Source: Squalus acanthias
Taxonomy: Eukaryota
Length of the DNA: 64,000 nucleotides
Assembly (NCBI GenBank): GCA_030390025.1
Contig: JASTWF010000331.1
Location: 372,001-436,000 of the forward strand
Direction of reading: 5' to 3'
Numbering within the stretch: the stretch's first letter is position 1; each line of letters begins with the position of its first letter. A program made the position numbers and the translations under genes. The notes beneath the pieces were generated by a model that was given only the letters and a program-made list of their open reading frames with translations, ran no database searches and had not been told where the DNA came from. Positions 24,060 through 35,959 of this stretch are shown one piece after another.

Positions 24060-24520
24060 AGATTTTGGATGTGCTAACAGATCAATATTAAGCAGATGTA
24101 GTGAGATAATCCCTCTTCTTTATTATCATTGGTGTGACCGCACTGAGTAAACTGTGTACAATTCTGATTGCCTCAGTACAAAAAGTTTATCGCAGCTATT
24201 GAAGAGAACAACTAGAGTGATTGAGAGGGTGGAGGGGTTGGATTAGGAGGAGCTATTGTGTAAATTGTACATGTTCTCACTGGAAGAGAAAAGGTTGAGA
24301 GGTGATATGATCGCTTGTTCACTTTGTCCAGTACAGTAGAATCAGAGGACACGGCCTGCACTTGGAGGGTAAATTCAAATCATGTCTGTGGAACAATATT
24401 TCAGTGAGCGGGTGGTCAATCTGGGGAACACGCTCCCTAGGGAGTTGGCGGAAGCAGTTAATATTGATTCATTAAACGGCAAATTAGATAGATTTATTTC
24501 AGAATATCACATTTTGGGAT
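24060..24520 (+). mobile_element. Degraded CR1 3' fragment
   Basis: Remnants of CR1 ORF2 C-terminal codons (LV.PHL..CVQFW; FSLE.RRLRGD). Confidence 0.6.
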
Positions 24521-24835
24521 GCAGTGTATGAGTAATTTGAGATATGATGTGGTAAGTGCAGCATGCTTGGGAGGAACAGGTGACTTTGGATCTACGGTTC
24601 CCAGAGCTCTCCACCTCTGGGGTTTTCCTCAACTCATGTCTGGGTCTGTTGTAGATTAATTGATAGAGATCGATTAGTTAACAACTTCATTATCATTGTA
24701 GCATTCGATACCAGGATGTTAGGAGGGGAATTACATACACCTCATCGAGGAATTCCTTTGTTCCTATGTTAGGATATTCTGTCAGTACTGTGATGTTACA
24801 ATAATCTAAACTTATTCTGTGTCCCTCCCACTTAC

Positions 24836-25002
24836 GTGATACTCTTGTCCACTGAAATGGTCTTCGCCTGTTAACCAGAGACCGAGTCCCTCCACATCCT
24901 CTTCAACCGCCTGTTCCAATCTGTCCCGGTAGAATTTCGTCAACTGGAACAGCTGGTAATCGTCGCACTTTGTCAAGAACCTATTGATTGTCGAGTTCGG
25001 AT
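24836..25002 (-). CDS. NLR-family gene, coding exon 2 (death-fold/CARD-like, N-terminal half)
   Basis: Acceptor gatcacag|AT and donor CAC|gtaagt. 167 bp, phase 1-0. (D)PNSTINRFLTKCDDYQLFQLTKFYRDRLEQAVEEDVEGLGLWLTGEDHFSGQEYH. Confidence 0.85.
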
Positions 25003-25499
25003 CTGTGATCACAAAGAACCAGATTAACAAACACCTTCTGAAAACCCACATACATCACATGTGTTACATTCCATCAATCTGTACAGTCAATTCTGTGTGC
25101 AAATTTGTCAAACACGACTTATCGACACCTTATCGGTTCCAGCCACCCCGATCATCCCCTGTATCAAAAAATGTTCACGAATTTGACCTTCAAATACAGA
25201 TTCCAGGAGTTTCCTCACAACACAGTCCTCCCTCTCTATCTCATCTCCACTGCTCGATAGCCTGCAAAACCCACCGCGAAATGTGCTATTCCCCTTCCTA
25301 TTCCTTAACTGTATACATATAGATTCTATCTTAACATAACTCCAGGGAACATCCTAGTGTTCCAGGGCGGACATAGAACTCTTTAGTAATACTGGCATCC
25401 ACAAATATTCTTTCACTCTCCTCAAAATGTTATAATCAGGATCGTTTCGCGCCGAGTCCCGTTCAAACCTCAGTCCTGTCTCATAGTTATTAGATCACA

Positions 25500-26400
25500 G
25501 CACCCAGGAGGACAAAGGCAGAAGGTGCATGGGAAAACCATCGCCTCTCATTTCACCTCCAAGTCACACATCGACCTGACTTGGACATATATCGCCGTTC
25601 GTCATCATCACTGGGTCAACATCATGGAAAACCCTACCCAAGTGCTCCTGTTTCAACAGTTTTATTAATTCAGTTCTCTTGTCTCAAATCCGGACATTCC
25701 CCATCATCCAGTCATAACAGCTGATACCCTCCCACTGCTCCATTCACCTTTTCTGTAAATCCATTGTTGTTGGTCGGTTCAGATCGCGGCCGTCCTTTCC
25801 CTTCCGACTGAACTCACTCTAGTGCCCCAAGATCGTGAACCTTTCCCCCAACTCCAGCCCTGCAGCCGCACATTGACCAGCCTCATGTTACACTCCTTAA
25901 GCAGCCCAGTGAAAAACAATCCGGAGATCATCAGCTTGAGGCTTGGATTCTTAGTTTAATGCCTCAGTCTTAATAGTCCGACCATGGCTATTTTCTGCTC
26001 TCCTTTCCTTCCCTGAGACGGTCCCATACGTTTCAGGATGTTCTTCCCTCTGGCACCAGGGAGGTAACTAATAATACCTGACCTGCTCAGGGCTGCAGAA
26101 GAGTCTGTCTATTCCTCTGATGATAGAATCTCCCAACATTATCACTCTCCTATTCCTGTGCCCCACCTGCCTCTCACCCCGCCCCACTCGGGGTGTCCTC
26201 CTGCTCTCTGGTGCCACTGATGCTCAGGCAGACGATCCTCTGAGTCACTGACTCTATCCACCTTACAGTCCCCTATGCCAGGTATCTATTGGACAGTTTC
26301 AGTACTCAGCGGTTCCTTCCACCTGGGACTGCCATGCCCCTCAAGGTGGCCACTCACTTCCCTCTTTCTACTCAGCCCAAGTCCTACTCCCTCAACCTGT
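25500..26400. mobile_element. Old LINE debris (short + strand LINE 3' piece; minus-strand CR1 ORF1 esterase remnant)
   Basis: 25500-25640 resembles a LINE 3' region. ~25720-26150 on the minus strand resembles the esterase part of the intact ORF1 at 26976-27902 (GDS...RG, LPGAR, DLN remnants). Confidence 0.45.
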
Positions 26401-26479
26401 GTGAGGTGCAGGTTCAGGCACTAGATCTGGACATTTTGTCGGAACAGAAATTGTATTTTAAAGAATTTTATGAAACTAC

Positions 26480-26543
26480 CTTTCTCCATTCTCATTCTTG
26501 TTGAAGATGTTGGATCTTCTCCCCTGTCTGGACCTTCAGCCAT
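26480..26543 (-). CDS. NLR-family gene, first coding exon (whole exon 26480-26575 including 5'UTR)
   Basis: Acceptor ttctaacag|AG at 26576/26575, strong Kozak CCACCATGG (ATG at 26543), donor AAAG|gtagtt. MAEGPDRGEDPTSSTRMRMEK. Phase 1 matches exon 2. Confidence 0.8.
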
Positions 26544-26975
26544 GGTGGTGACAGGTGTTCCAAGATTCTGATACTCTGTTAGAAATATAATATTAATGGG
26601 CGGGTTAGACAGAAATATTAAAATGACAAGGAGAACGTTGCCTTGTTAACATTATATCAAGTCCCTCCTCCCCCATCAGTACAGCAGCTGGTAGCTCTGG
26701 GATCTCAGAAAACACCATGAATACACAAGTGGTAGATTTGACTGCTGTTATCCAATCATTATGCTCTTTTTGTGTGTGTTCCCGCGCACGTGCGTCCATT
26801 GAAACTATCAATTAGCGGCCTTTCCTTTCCCCGCAGTGGAAATGTAAATGCGATTCAGTTGGTTTATAACCAGTTTGAGACTTTGTAAAATTCAGTACTT
26901 TGCTGTTTCACTAACGCTGCCACTAGTGTAATGCTCTTTTTTGTTCTAGTTTAATCTGCAAGTTAGCTGGAGGGG

Positions 26976-27902
26976 ATGGCAGGGGAGGCAGTGAAATGTT
27001 CCTCCTGCAGAATGTTTGAGGTGAGGGACGCCGTCGGTGTCCCTGCTGATTACACCTGTGGGAAGTGCACCCATCTCCAGCTCCTCGAAAACCGTGTTAG
27101 GGAACTGGAGCTGGAGCTGGATGAACTTCGGATCATTCGGGAGGCAGAGGAGGTCATAGATAGAAGCTTCAGGGATGTAATTACTCCAAAGCATGAAGAT
27201 AGATGGGTGACGGTGAGAGGGGCTGGGAGGAAGCAGTCAGTGCAGGGATCCTCTGTGGTCGTTCCCCTCAGTAACAGGTATACCGCTTTGAATACTGTTG
27301 AGGGGGACGACTTACCAGTGGTAAGCCACGGTGACCGGATCTCCGGCGCTGGGTCGGTCCCTGTGGCTCAGAAGGGAAGGGGGGAGAGCAGGAGAGCAAT
27401 AGTTATTGGGGACTCAATAGTCAGAGGGACAGATAGGAGGTTCTGTGGCAGCAAAAGAGACTCACGGATGGTATGTTGCCTCCCGGGTGCCAGGGTCCGT
27501 GACGTCTCGGACCGTGTTTTCAGAATCCTCAAAGGGGAAGGGGAACAATCACAAGTCGTGGTACACATCGGTACCAACGACATAGGTAGGAGAAGGGACG
27601 GGGATTTAAAACAGGAATTTAGGGAGCTAGGTTGGAAGCTGAGAGCCAGTACAAACCATGTTGTAATTTCTGGTTTGTTGCCGGTGCCACGTGCTAGCGA
27701 GTTGAGGAACAGGGAGAGAGTGCAGATAAACACGTGGCTGCAGGGATGGTGTAGGGGGGAGGGTTTCAGTTATGTGGATAATTGGAGCACATTCTGGGGA
27801 AGGTGGGACCTGTACAAACAGGACGGTTTGCACCTGAACCAGAGGGGCACCAATATCCTGGGAGGGAAATTTGCTACGGCTCTTCGGGGGGGTTTAAACT
27901 AA
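26976..27902 (+). CDS. CR1 ORF1p (zinc finger/leucine zipper plus SGNH esterase)
   Basis: CxxC...CxxC, heptad LLENRVRELELELDELR, and GDSIVRG, HIGTND, DGLHLN motifs. Intact, 308 aa. Confidence 0.9.
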   Translation: MAGEAVKCSSCRMFEVRDAVGVPADYTCGKCTHLQLLENRVRELELELDELRIIREAEEVIDRSFRDVITPKHEDRWVTVRGAGRKQSVQGSSVVVPLSNRYTALNTVEGDDLPVVSHGDRISGAGSVPVAQKGRGESRRAIVIGDSIVRGTDRRFCGSKRDSRMVCCLPGARVRDVSDRVFRILKGEGEQSQVVVHIGTNDIGRRRDGDLKQEFRELGWKLRASTNHVVISGLLPVPRASELRNRERVQINTWLQGWCRGEGFSYVDNWSTFWGRWDLYKQDGLHLNQRGTNILGGKFATALRGGLN

Positions 27903-30798
27903 TTTGTCAGGGGGATGGGAAAAAGGGCTGTAGTCCACGAGCCAGTGGTGAGTGTAGGGAGGTACTGAGGAGGGTATCAAGGTCGCAGGAATGTACCGGC
28001 AGACAGGAAGATGGCTTGAAGTGTGTCTACTTCAATGCAAGGAGCATCCGGAATAAGGTAGGAGAACTTGGAGCGTGGATTGGTACTTGGGACTACGATG
28101 TGGTGGCCATTACGGAGACATGGTTAGAAAAGGGACAGGAATGGTTGTTGGAAGTTCCGGGGTATAGATGTTTCAGTAAGAGTAGGGAAGTTGGTAAGAA
28201 AGGTGGAGGAGTAGCATTGTTAATCAAGGATAGTTTAACAGCGGCAGAAAGGCAGTTCGAGGGGGATCTGCCGTCTGAGGTAATATGGGCTGAAGTTAGA
28301 AATAGGAAAGGAGCGGTCACGTTGTTAGGAGTTTTCTACAGGCCCCCAAATAGTAATAAAGATGTGGAGGAAGAAATTGCAAAGCAGATTATGAATAGGT
28401 GTGGAGGTCACAGAGTAGTTGTCATGGGTGACTTCAACTTTCCAAATATTGATTGGAACCTTTATAGGTCAAACAGTTCGGATGGGATAGTTTTTGCACA
28501 GTGTGTGCAGGAGGGTTTCCTGACACAATATGTGGATAGGCCGACAAGAGGTGGGGCCACGTTGGATTTGGTACTGGGTAATGAACCGGGCCAAGTGTTT
28601 GATTTGTATGTGGGAGAGCACTTTGGAGATAGTGACCACAATTCGGTAACTTTCACTATTGCAATGGAGAGGGATAGGGCCATACGGCAGGGCAGGGTTT
28701 ATAATTGGGGGAGGGGTAATTATGATGCGATTAGGCAAGAATTAGGGAGTATAAGATGGGAACAGAAACTATCAGGGAAAGGCACAAACGAAAAGTGGAG
28801 CTTTTTCATGGAGCAATTACTGCGTGTCCTTGATAGGTATGTCCCTGTCAGGCAGGGAGGAAATGGCCGAGTGAGAGAACCATGGTTCACAAAAGAGGTT
28901 GAATGTCTAGTCAAGAGGAAAAAGGAAGCGTATGTAAGGATGAGAAAACAAGGTTCAGTTGGGTCGATTGAGGGGTACAAGGTAGCAAGGAATGAGCTAA
29001 AAAAAGAGCTTAGGAGAGCTAGGAGGGGGCATGAGAAGTCCTTGGCGGGTCGGATCAAGAAAAACCCCAAGGCCTTTTACTCTTATGTGAGAAATAAAAG
29101 AATGACCAGGGTGAGGGTAGGGCCGGTCAAGGACAGTAGTGGGAACTTGTGCATGGAGTCAGAAGAGATAGGAGAGGTGATGAATGAATACTTTTCGTCA
29201 GTGTTCACCGAGGAGAGGGGCCATGTTCTTGAGGATGAGAGTGTGATAAAGGTGGATAGGCTGGAGGTGGTAGATGTTCTGAGGGAAGATGTTTTAGCAA
29301 TTTTGAAGAACCTGAGGGTCGATAAGTCCCCTGGGCCAGATGGGATATATCCTAGGATTCTTTGGGAGGCAAGGGAGGAGATTGCAGAGCCTCTGGCTTT
29401 GATCTTTGGGTCCTCACTGTCCACGGGGATGGTGCCAGAGGACTGGAGAGTGGCGAATGTTGTTCCTCTCTTCAAGAAAGGAAATAGGAATGACCCTGGT
29501 AATTATAGGCCGGTTAGTCTTACTTCGGTGGTTGGTAAGATAATGGAAAAGGTCCTGAGGGATAGGATTTATGACCATTTGGAAAGGGGCAACTTAATCA
29601 GGGATAGTCAACACGGATTCGTGAAGGGTAAGTCTTGCCTAACAAATTTGATTGAATTCTTTGAGGAGGTAACTAAGTGTGTAGATGAAGGTAGAGCAGT
29701 TGATGTCGTATACATGGATTTTAGTAAGGCGTTTGATAAGGTTCCCCATGGTCGTCTCATGAAGAAAGTAAGGAGTTGTGGGATAGAGGGAATTTTGGCC
29801 GATTGGATAAGTAACTGGCTATCTCATAGAAGGCAGAGGGTGGTGGTGGATGGAACATTTTCGGACTGGAGACCAGTTACCAGCGGTGTGCCACAGGGGT
29901 CGGTGCTGGGTCCTCTGCTGTTTGTGATTTTTTCAATGACTTGGAGGAGGGGACTGAAGGGTGGATCAGTAAATTTACTGATGACACCAAGATTGGTGAA
30001 GTAGTGGATGAGGTGGAGGGCAGTTGTAGGCTGCAAAGAGACATTGATAGGATGCAGAGCTGGGCCGAAAAATGGCAGATGGAATTTAACCCTGATAAGT
30101 GCGAGGTGATTCATTTTGGTAGGGCAAATGTGAATAAGGATTACAGGGTCAACGGCAGGGTTCTGAGGAACGTGGAGGAGCAGAGGGATCTGGGGGTTCA
30201 TATCCACAGATCTCTGAAGGTTGCCACTCAAGTGGATAGAGCAGTAAAGAAGGCCTATGGTGTGTTGGCGTTTATTAACAGAGGGTTTGAGTTTAAGAAC
30301 CGTGAGGTTATGCTGCAACTGTACAGGACCTTGGTGAGACCACATTTGGAATATTGTGTGCAGTTCTGGTCACCTCACTATAGGAAGGACGTGGAAGCAT
30401 TGGAAAGAGTGCAAAGGAGATTTACCAGGATGCTGCCTGGTTTGGGGGGGAGGTCTTATGAGGAAAGATTGAGGGAGTTGGGGCTTTTCTCTTTAGAGCG
30501 GAGGAGGATGAGAGGCGACTTAATAGAGGTTTATAAGATGATGAGGGGGATAGATAGAGTGGATGTTCAGAGACTATTTCCTCGGGTAGAGGCAGCTGTT
30601 ACATGGGGGCATAACTATAAGGTGCATGGGGGGAGACATAGAAGGGATGTCCGAGGTAGATTCTTTACTCAGAGAGTGGTTGGGGTGTGGAATGGACTGC
30701 CTGCAGTGATAGTGGAGTCGGACACTTTAGGAACTTTCAAGCGGTTATTGGATAAGCACATGGAGCACACCAGAGTGATAGGGAGTGTGATAGCTTAA
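27903..30798 (+). pseudogene. CR1 ORF2p (APE endonuclease plus reverse transcriptase), one frameshift
   Basis: NARS, ITETW, GDFN, SDHN, GPDG, NYRPVSL, QHGF, DFSKAFD and GVPQGSVLGP motifs. A 1-bp loss near 29932 (FVIF-INDL) shifts the frame, and the catalytic motif reads FTDD instead of FADD. The true start is uncertain. Confidence 0.9.
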
Positions 30799-30888
30799 TC
30801 TTGGTCTCGGACAATGCTCGGCACAACATCGAGGGCCGAAGGGCCTGTACTGTGCTGTACTGTTCTATGTTCTATGTTCTATGTTCTA

Positions 30889-33480
30889 ACAGCAACAACA
30901 GAGGGGCAAGGAGAATGTATGAGAAATGATTAGCGGTAACATAAAAGGCAACACTAACGCCTTCTCTAAACATAAAAATTGTGAAAGAATAGTCAAGGAA
31001 AGGCGGGGCCGATTAAGGACCAAAAAGGCAATCATCTTGTGGAAGCAGAGGACATGGCTGAGGTACTAAATTAACACTTTGCCTCCATATTCACGAAATG
31101 AGAGGATGCTGCCAATCGTACAGTAAAGGAGGAGGTGGTAGAGAAATTGGACAGGATATAATTCGATTAGGACGATGTACTAAATCGGTTGACAGGGCTC
31201 AAAGTAGAAATGTCACCCGCTCTGCCTCAATCTTCCAATCCTTGGATATGGGAAAGGTGCCAGAGGATGGGAGGGCTGCAAACGTTACTTCCCTGTTCAA
31301 AAAAGGAGAGTGATGAACCAAATAACTACAGGCGACTGAGCTTAAGATCGGTGTTGAGGAAACTCCTCGGGAAAAAATCCGAATCAAAATTCATTGTCAG
31401 TTGGAAGAACATGGGTTAATTAGCGACAGCCAAAAAGATTTTTTTTAAGTCAAATCTGGCTGACTTGATTGTGTTAATCGATTAAATAGGAGATTGTTGA
31501 TGGAGGTTGTGCAGTTGAAGTTCTGTATGTGGACTTTCAGAAGGCGTTTGATAAAGTATCTCATAATGGACTGGTTAACAGAATTGAAGCCATTTTATTA
31601 AAGGAGCAGTGGCAGCGTGGATACTAAATTGGCGGAGGGACATAAAACAGACAGTAGTTGTGAACCGATATTGTTCACAATGGAGGGAAATATACAGTGT
31701 TCCCAGGGGTCGGTATTAGGACCACTGCTTTTTGATATATTTTACTGACATGGACTTAGGTATACAGGGCATAATTTAAAAGTCTATCGGTTACACGAAT
31801 CTCAGAAAAGGCGTAATCCGTGAGGAGGATAGCAGAAGTCTTCAGGAGGAAATAGAGACACTGGTGAAAAGGGTAGACACATGGCAGGTGAAATTTAATG
31901 CAGAGAAGTGGGAAATGCTGGATTTTGGACGGAAGAATGAGGCAATGCAATTTAGCCAACTTGTACAATTTCAAGGGGTTACAGGAACAGTAAAATTTGG
32001 GGGTGTAGATACATAAATCTTTGACGGTGGCAGGACAGGACGATAAGACTTTGAGAAACGTATATGGGAGCATTGGCTTTATAAATAGTGGCACAGGAAC
32101 ATAGGAACAGGAGTAGGCCACTTATTCATTCTAGCTTATTACTGCATTCAATTCGATCATGGCCGAGCTGTATCTTAACTCCATCTCCCCGCCTTGGTTC
32201 CATAACCATCAATACCATTGCCTAACATAAATCTATCAATGACTGTTTTGTCATTTTCAATTGACCGAACCTCAACAGCTTTTTGAGGGCGAGTGTTCCA
32301 GATTTCCACTACACCGTGTCTGAAGAAATGCTTTCTAACATCACCCCTGAACGGCCTCGCTCTGCGGTTAAGGTTATGCCCCCGCCTTTTCTGGACTTGT
32401 CCACCAAAGGACATAGTTTAACTCTTTCTATGCTTCCAATTGCTTTGATCATCTTAAACACCTCAGTTAGATCAACCGTTAAATTTGTATAATCAAGGGA
32501 ATAAAAGCTTCGTCAATGTAAACTATCCTCATAATTTAAAGCTTTGAGTCCCAGTATCGTTCTGGTGAATCTGAGCTGCACCATCTCCAAAGCCAAGATA
32601 TTGTTCCCGAGGTGCGGTTCTCTAAATGGGTCTAACCAGAGCTCTGCACAGCTGTAACAGAAATTCTACCCCTTTGTATTCCAGCCCTCCTTTAGAGTTT
32701 TACTTATTTTTGGTATCAACTAGCTTCTAGTGATTTCTGTACTTGGACCCCGAGTTCTCTCTGCTCATCCATAGTTCCTAAATTCTAATCATTTAGAAAA
32801 TACTCTGGTCTATTCTTTTTAGGTCCAGCGTGAATTACCTCACACTTTCCCACACTGATCTCCATCTGCCACAGTTGTGCCCAGTGAGTGCAAAGCAAGG
32901 AAATTATGCTAAACTTTTACCAATCACTGGCTAGGCCTCACCTGGAGCATTGTGTTAAATTCTGGACACCACACTTTAGGAAGGCTGTCGGAGCCTTGCA
33001 GAGGGTGCAGAGGAGATTTATTAGAGTGGTAACAGCAATGAGGGACTTCAGTTACATGAAGAGACTAGAGAAGATGGAATTGCTCTAAGTAAATCAGAGA
33101 AGGTTAAGGCGGATTTAATGGAGGCGTTAAAATCATGAAACGTTTTGCTATTTTCGTAGAATGAATGAGGAGAAACTGTATCATTGACAGAACGGTTAGT
33201 TTAAAGAGAACACAGATTTAATGCAATTGGCAAAAGAGCCAGAGGTGAGATGAGGAGATATTTTTAGGCATCGAGTTATTATGTTTCTGGAATGCAATGT
33301 CTGAAATAGTGGTGGAAGAAAATACAATAGTAACTTTTAAAAGGGATTTGGATAAATAATTAAAGGAGATAAAGTTGTAGGGCTCAGGGGAGAGAGCAGT
33401 GGAGTGGGACTAATTGGTTGTCTCTTTTAATGTTCTGGCACAGGCTCGATGGGCCTTCTGAGCTGAATGATTCTATGCTT
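30889..33480. mobile_element. Nested, degraded older CR1 fragments (+, -, +)
   Basis: + strand RT remnants at 30889-~32095, a minus-strand 3' end with GAACATAG tail at ~32096-32880, and a + strand 3' end at ~32885-33480. Confidence 0.8.
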
Positions 33481-33739
33481 CATGACATCGACCTCTGAAT
33501 CTTTGTTCCTAAGCGTGTTTGACATGATAAATGTACCTGAATACTATTTACAGCAGCAGAATTTTAGCGTGTGAAATTGCATTTGGAAGTTTTATTGTAT
33601 TAAATCGCACAACTCCCAGTAAATTAATATCTGAAAATACGTCCGTTGATACCTGTCCATTAGTAGCTTAACTTGTCTCTATCTTTGAACTACTGCACAA
33701 ATACACGGCGATTTCGCTATTTTAGAATATAATCATTTT

Positions 33740-34500
33740 ACTCAGTATGTTCCGTGTCCTTACCTTGTGCTGCGGCTCCTGATTCTGGTTCCAGAGAGTC
33801 CGGGTAAGTTAGGGCTGTGGGTTCTGCAGGTTAATGAACACACCCTGGGTAAAGATCAGTTACACATCACAGTCATAAACACCACCTTCAGCCTGATCAG
33901 TACAATCCCTCGCCGCCCTGTTCTCTGGTGCAGGGATCGATCAGAATCACACACGGGTTCATTCTAGTTTGAAATGATGTGATAAATTACTGACCTTTGA
34001 CCCAGAGTCATTAATCCTCTGTGTGGTAACAATGACTACATTTCCGCACAGCTCTTCCATCTGCGGTTCTGAAGACCCCGCAGTGAATCCGTTTCCTGGA
34101 GCGGGAATCAGTTTCAGATCCTCAATTAGATTTCATTGCTCACCATAAAACTTATTTATTATCGGACCAGAGAAGGGCGGAGTTGGTAAGGGACAAAGAT
34201 CGCTGATTGGAATCCCCAAGAAATAGTCTCTAGTTAATGAGTAACAGTCTGGGCCTTGATGCGGATGATCACACCCGTCAGTATCAGGCTCCAGGTTTCA
34301 GTAACTGGAACTGAATCAGCCAATGTTGGAGGTAAACAAGTGGAAATCTGTTTCATCGGCCTGTTAACCTTTAGTGTCGTGATGTAATTTCACATTTTCT
34401 TTTAATCTTTCAAATAACAGTTTGGCAGAGGATTACATTTATTGTGAGACTGGTTATCTCTGAGCATTAAATTCATTTGCTAATTAGTATTTGTATTCAA
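33740..34500 (-). promoter_or_regulatory. Repeated cassette copy A: putative promoter plus short non-coding first exon
   Basis: Minus strand: GGGCGG (33913-33918), TTTATGA ~30 bp downstream, then CAAG|GTAAG donor (GT at 33763-33762). Distal block has CCAAT, GTAAACA and TGAATCA motifs. Repetition is certain; function is inferred. Confidence 0.5.
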
Positions 34501-35084
34501 TATAAATATTAAAAGTGCAGGCTACCTCTTGCGACTGCTCTGTGTCTCAATCCCCATCCTGCTTCTCTGTGCTGCCGCTCCCAGTCTGTTTACAGCTCGC
34601 CCTGCTCCGTGCGTGAAATCCCTGCCTTTTATCTGTCTGCTGCCCCCACCTGTGCTGTGCCTGATCTTTAATGTTTGTTTCCCACCCTCACCAGTACCAT
34701 TTCTGTATTCCGCTGTTTCCATTCCTATCAGCTCTATGTCTGATTCTGTAATATCTTCCCTTCCCCAGATGCTCCATCCCACCTGCTCCAGGTCTCAATG
34801 TCCTCTGCATCTGTAACTGCCTCCTGCTCTACAACCTTCCTCCACCCCTAACTATCTCCCGCTAACCCGTTATTCCTCCCCACCTGCTGCAATCCTAATT
34901 TTACCCTTGCCCTTCCTTTCCTCCTGCTCCGTGCACGATCATTTCAACATCCGTTCGCCTCCTTCTCTATATCTGACACTCCCTCTCCTTTCCTTTCCAC
35001 CTGTCACATGTCTGATTACCTTCCCTGCTTCCTTCCCCATCCTACCGCTTGTCTGATTCTACATCCACCACAAACAACGTGCAA

Positions 35085-35260
35085 CAGCTCAAAATGCTGG
35101 AAATACTCAGCAGGCCAGGCCGCATCTGTGGAGAGAGAAAGATTTAACGTTTCAGCTCGATCACCATGCATCAGAACCTGAAACGTTCTCTCTCCAGAGA
35201 TGGTGCCTGACCTGCTGAGTATTTCCAGCATTTTTTGTTTTCATTTCAGGTTTTCGAAGT
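35085..35260. mobile_element. Degraded short inverted element related to the pLTR-like element at 45337-45865
   Basis: AAAATGCTGGAAATACTCAGCAGG ... CCTGCTGAGTATTTCCAGCATTTT inverted arms with GAAACGTT remnants. Confidence 0.7.
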
Positions 35261-35424
35261 ATTTTGCATTAATTTTTAAAATCTATTTAAAGTACTGCAT
35301 ACTCCAGAACCCATCCTATATTCTAGGAACCGAATGTTGGTACAGACTCGACAAATGGTCCCCACAATAATGAATTGGCATTAACCAGCTGGATAATATT
35401 CCTCTTCAATAACAGAAAAGAAAA

Positions 35425-35885
35425 ACTTGCATTTATATAGCGCCGTTCACGACCCCCGGACGTCTCAAAGCGCTTTAGAGCCAATTAAGTACTTTTGAAG
35501 TGTAGTCACTGTTGTAATGTGGGAATTGCGGCAGCCAATTTGTGCACAGCAAGCTCCCACAAACAGCAATGTGATAATGAGCAAAAAATCTGTTTTTGTT
35601 ATTTTTGTTGGTTGAGGGATAAATTTGGCCCAAGGACACCGGGGATAATTCCCCTACTCTTCTTCGAAATAATGTCATGGGATTTTTTACATCCACCTGT
35701 GAGAGCAGACGGAGCCTCGGTTTAACGTCTCATCCGAAAAACAGCTCCTCCGACAGTGCAGCACTCCCTCAGCACTGCACTGGAGTGTCACAGCCTAACT
35801 TGATGTGCTCAAGCCCTTGGAGTGGGACTTGAAACCACAACCTGCTGACTCAGAGAGCGAGTGTGCCATCCACTGAGCCACAGCT
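35425..35885 (-). mobile_element. tRNA-derived SINE (DeuSINE/SacSINE1-like)
   Basis: Minus strand starts with tRNA-like A/B boxes (TGGCTCAGTGG...GGTTTCAAGTCC) and ends GCGCTATATAAATGCAAGTT. The family name is from memory. Confidence 0.65.
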
Positions 35886-35959
35886 GGTAATAGTTTTTCA
35901 TATGATCACACATCCCCATGTTAAAAGTTCCCCTTGTGGCACTCTGTCTATTTTATACT

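Larger units (their letters stand above)
26949..30888 (+). mobile_element. Near-full-length young CR1 LINE
   Basis: ORF1 plus ORF2 plus 3'UTR ending in (GTTCTAT)n. TGTTCTA occurs at both ends (26942-26948 and 30882-30888). Confidence 0.95.

Noticed and set aside
27368..30345. Minus-strand ORFs over the CR1, and similar short ORFs at 31-63 kb
   Set aside because: Antisense shadows or fragments of LINE ORFs.
33868..33910. RSS in the repeated cassette (CACAGTC...ACAATCCC/ACAAACCCC)
   Set aside because: The spacer is 27 bp rather than 12 or 23, and there is no adjacent V, D or J coding segment.
33760..34450. Cassette as NLR LRR exons or Ig leader/V exons
   Set aside because: No LxxLxLxxN pattern or Ig Cys/Trp framework in the frames I read. 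Minus frames contain stops, and the leader-like + frame lacks an ATG.
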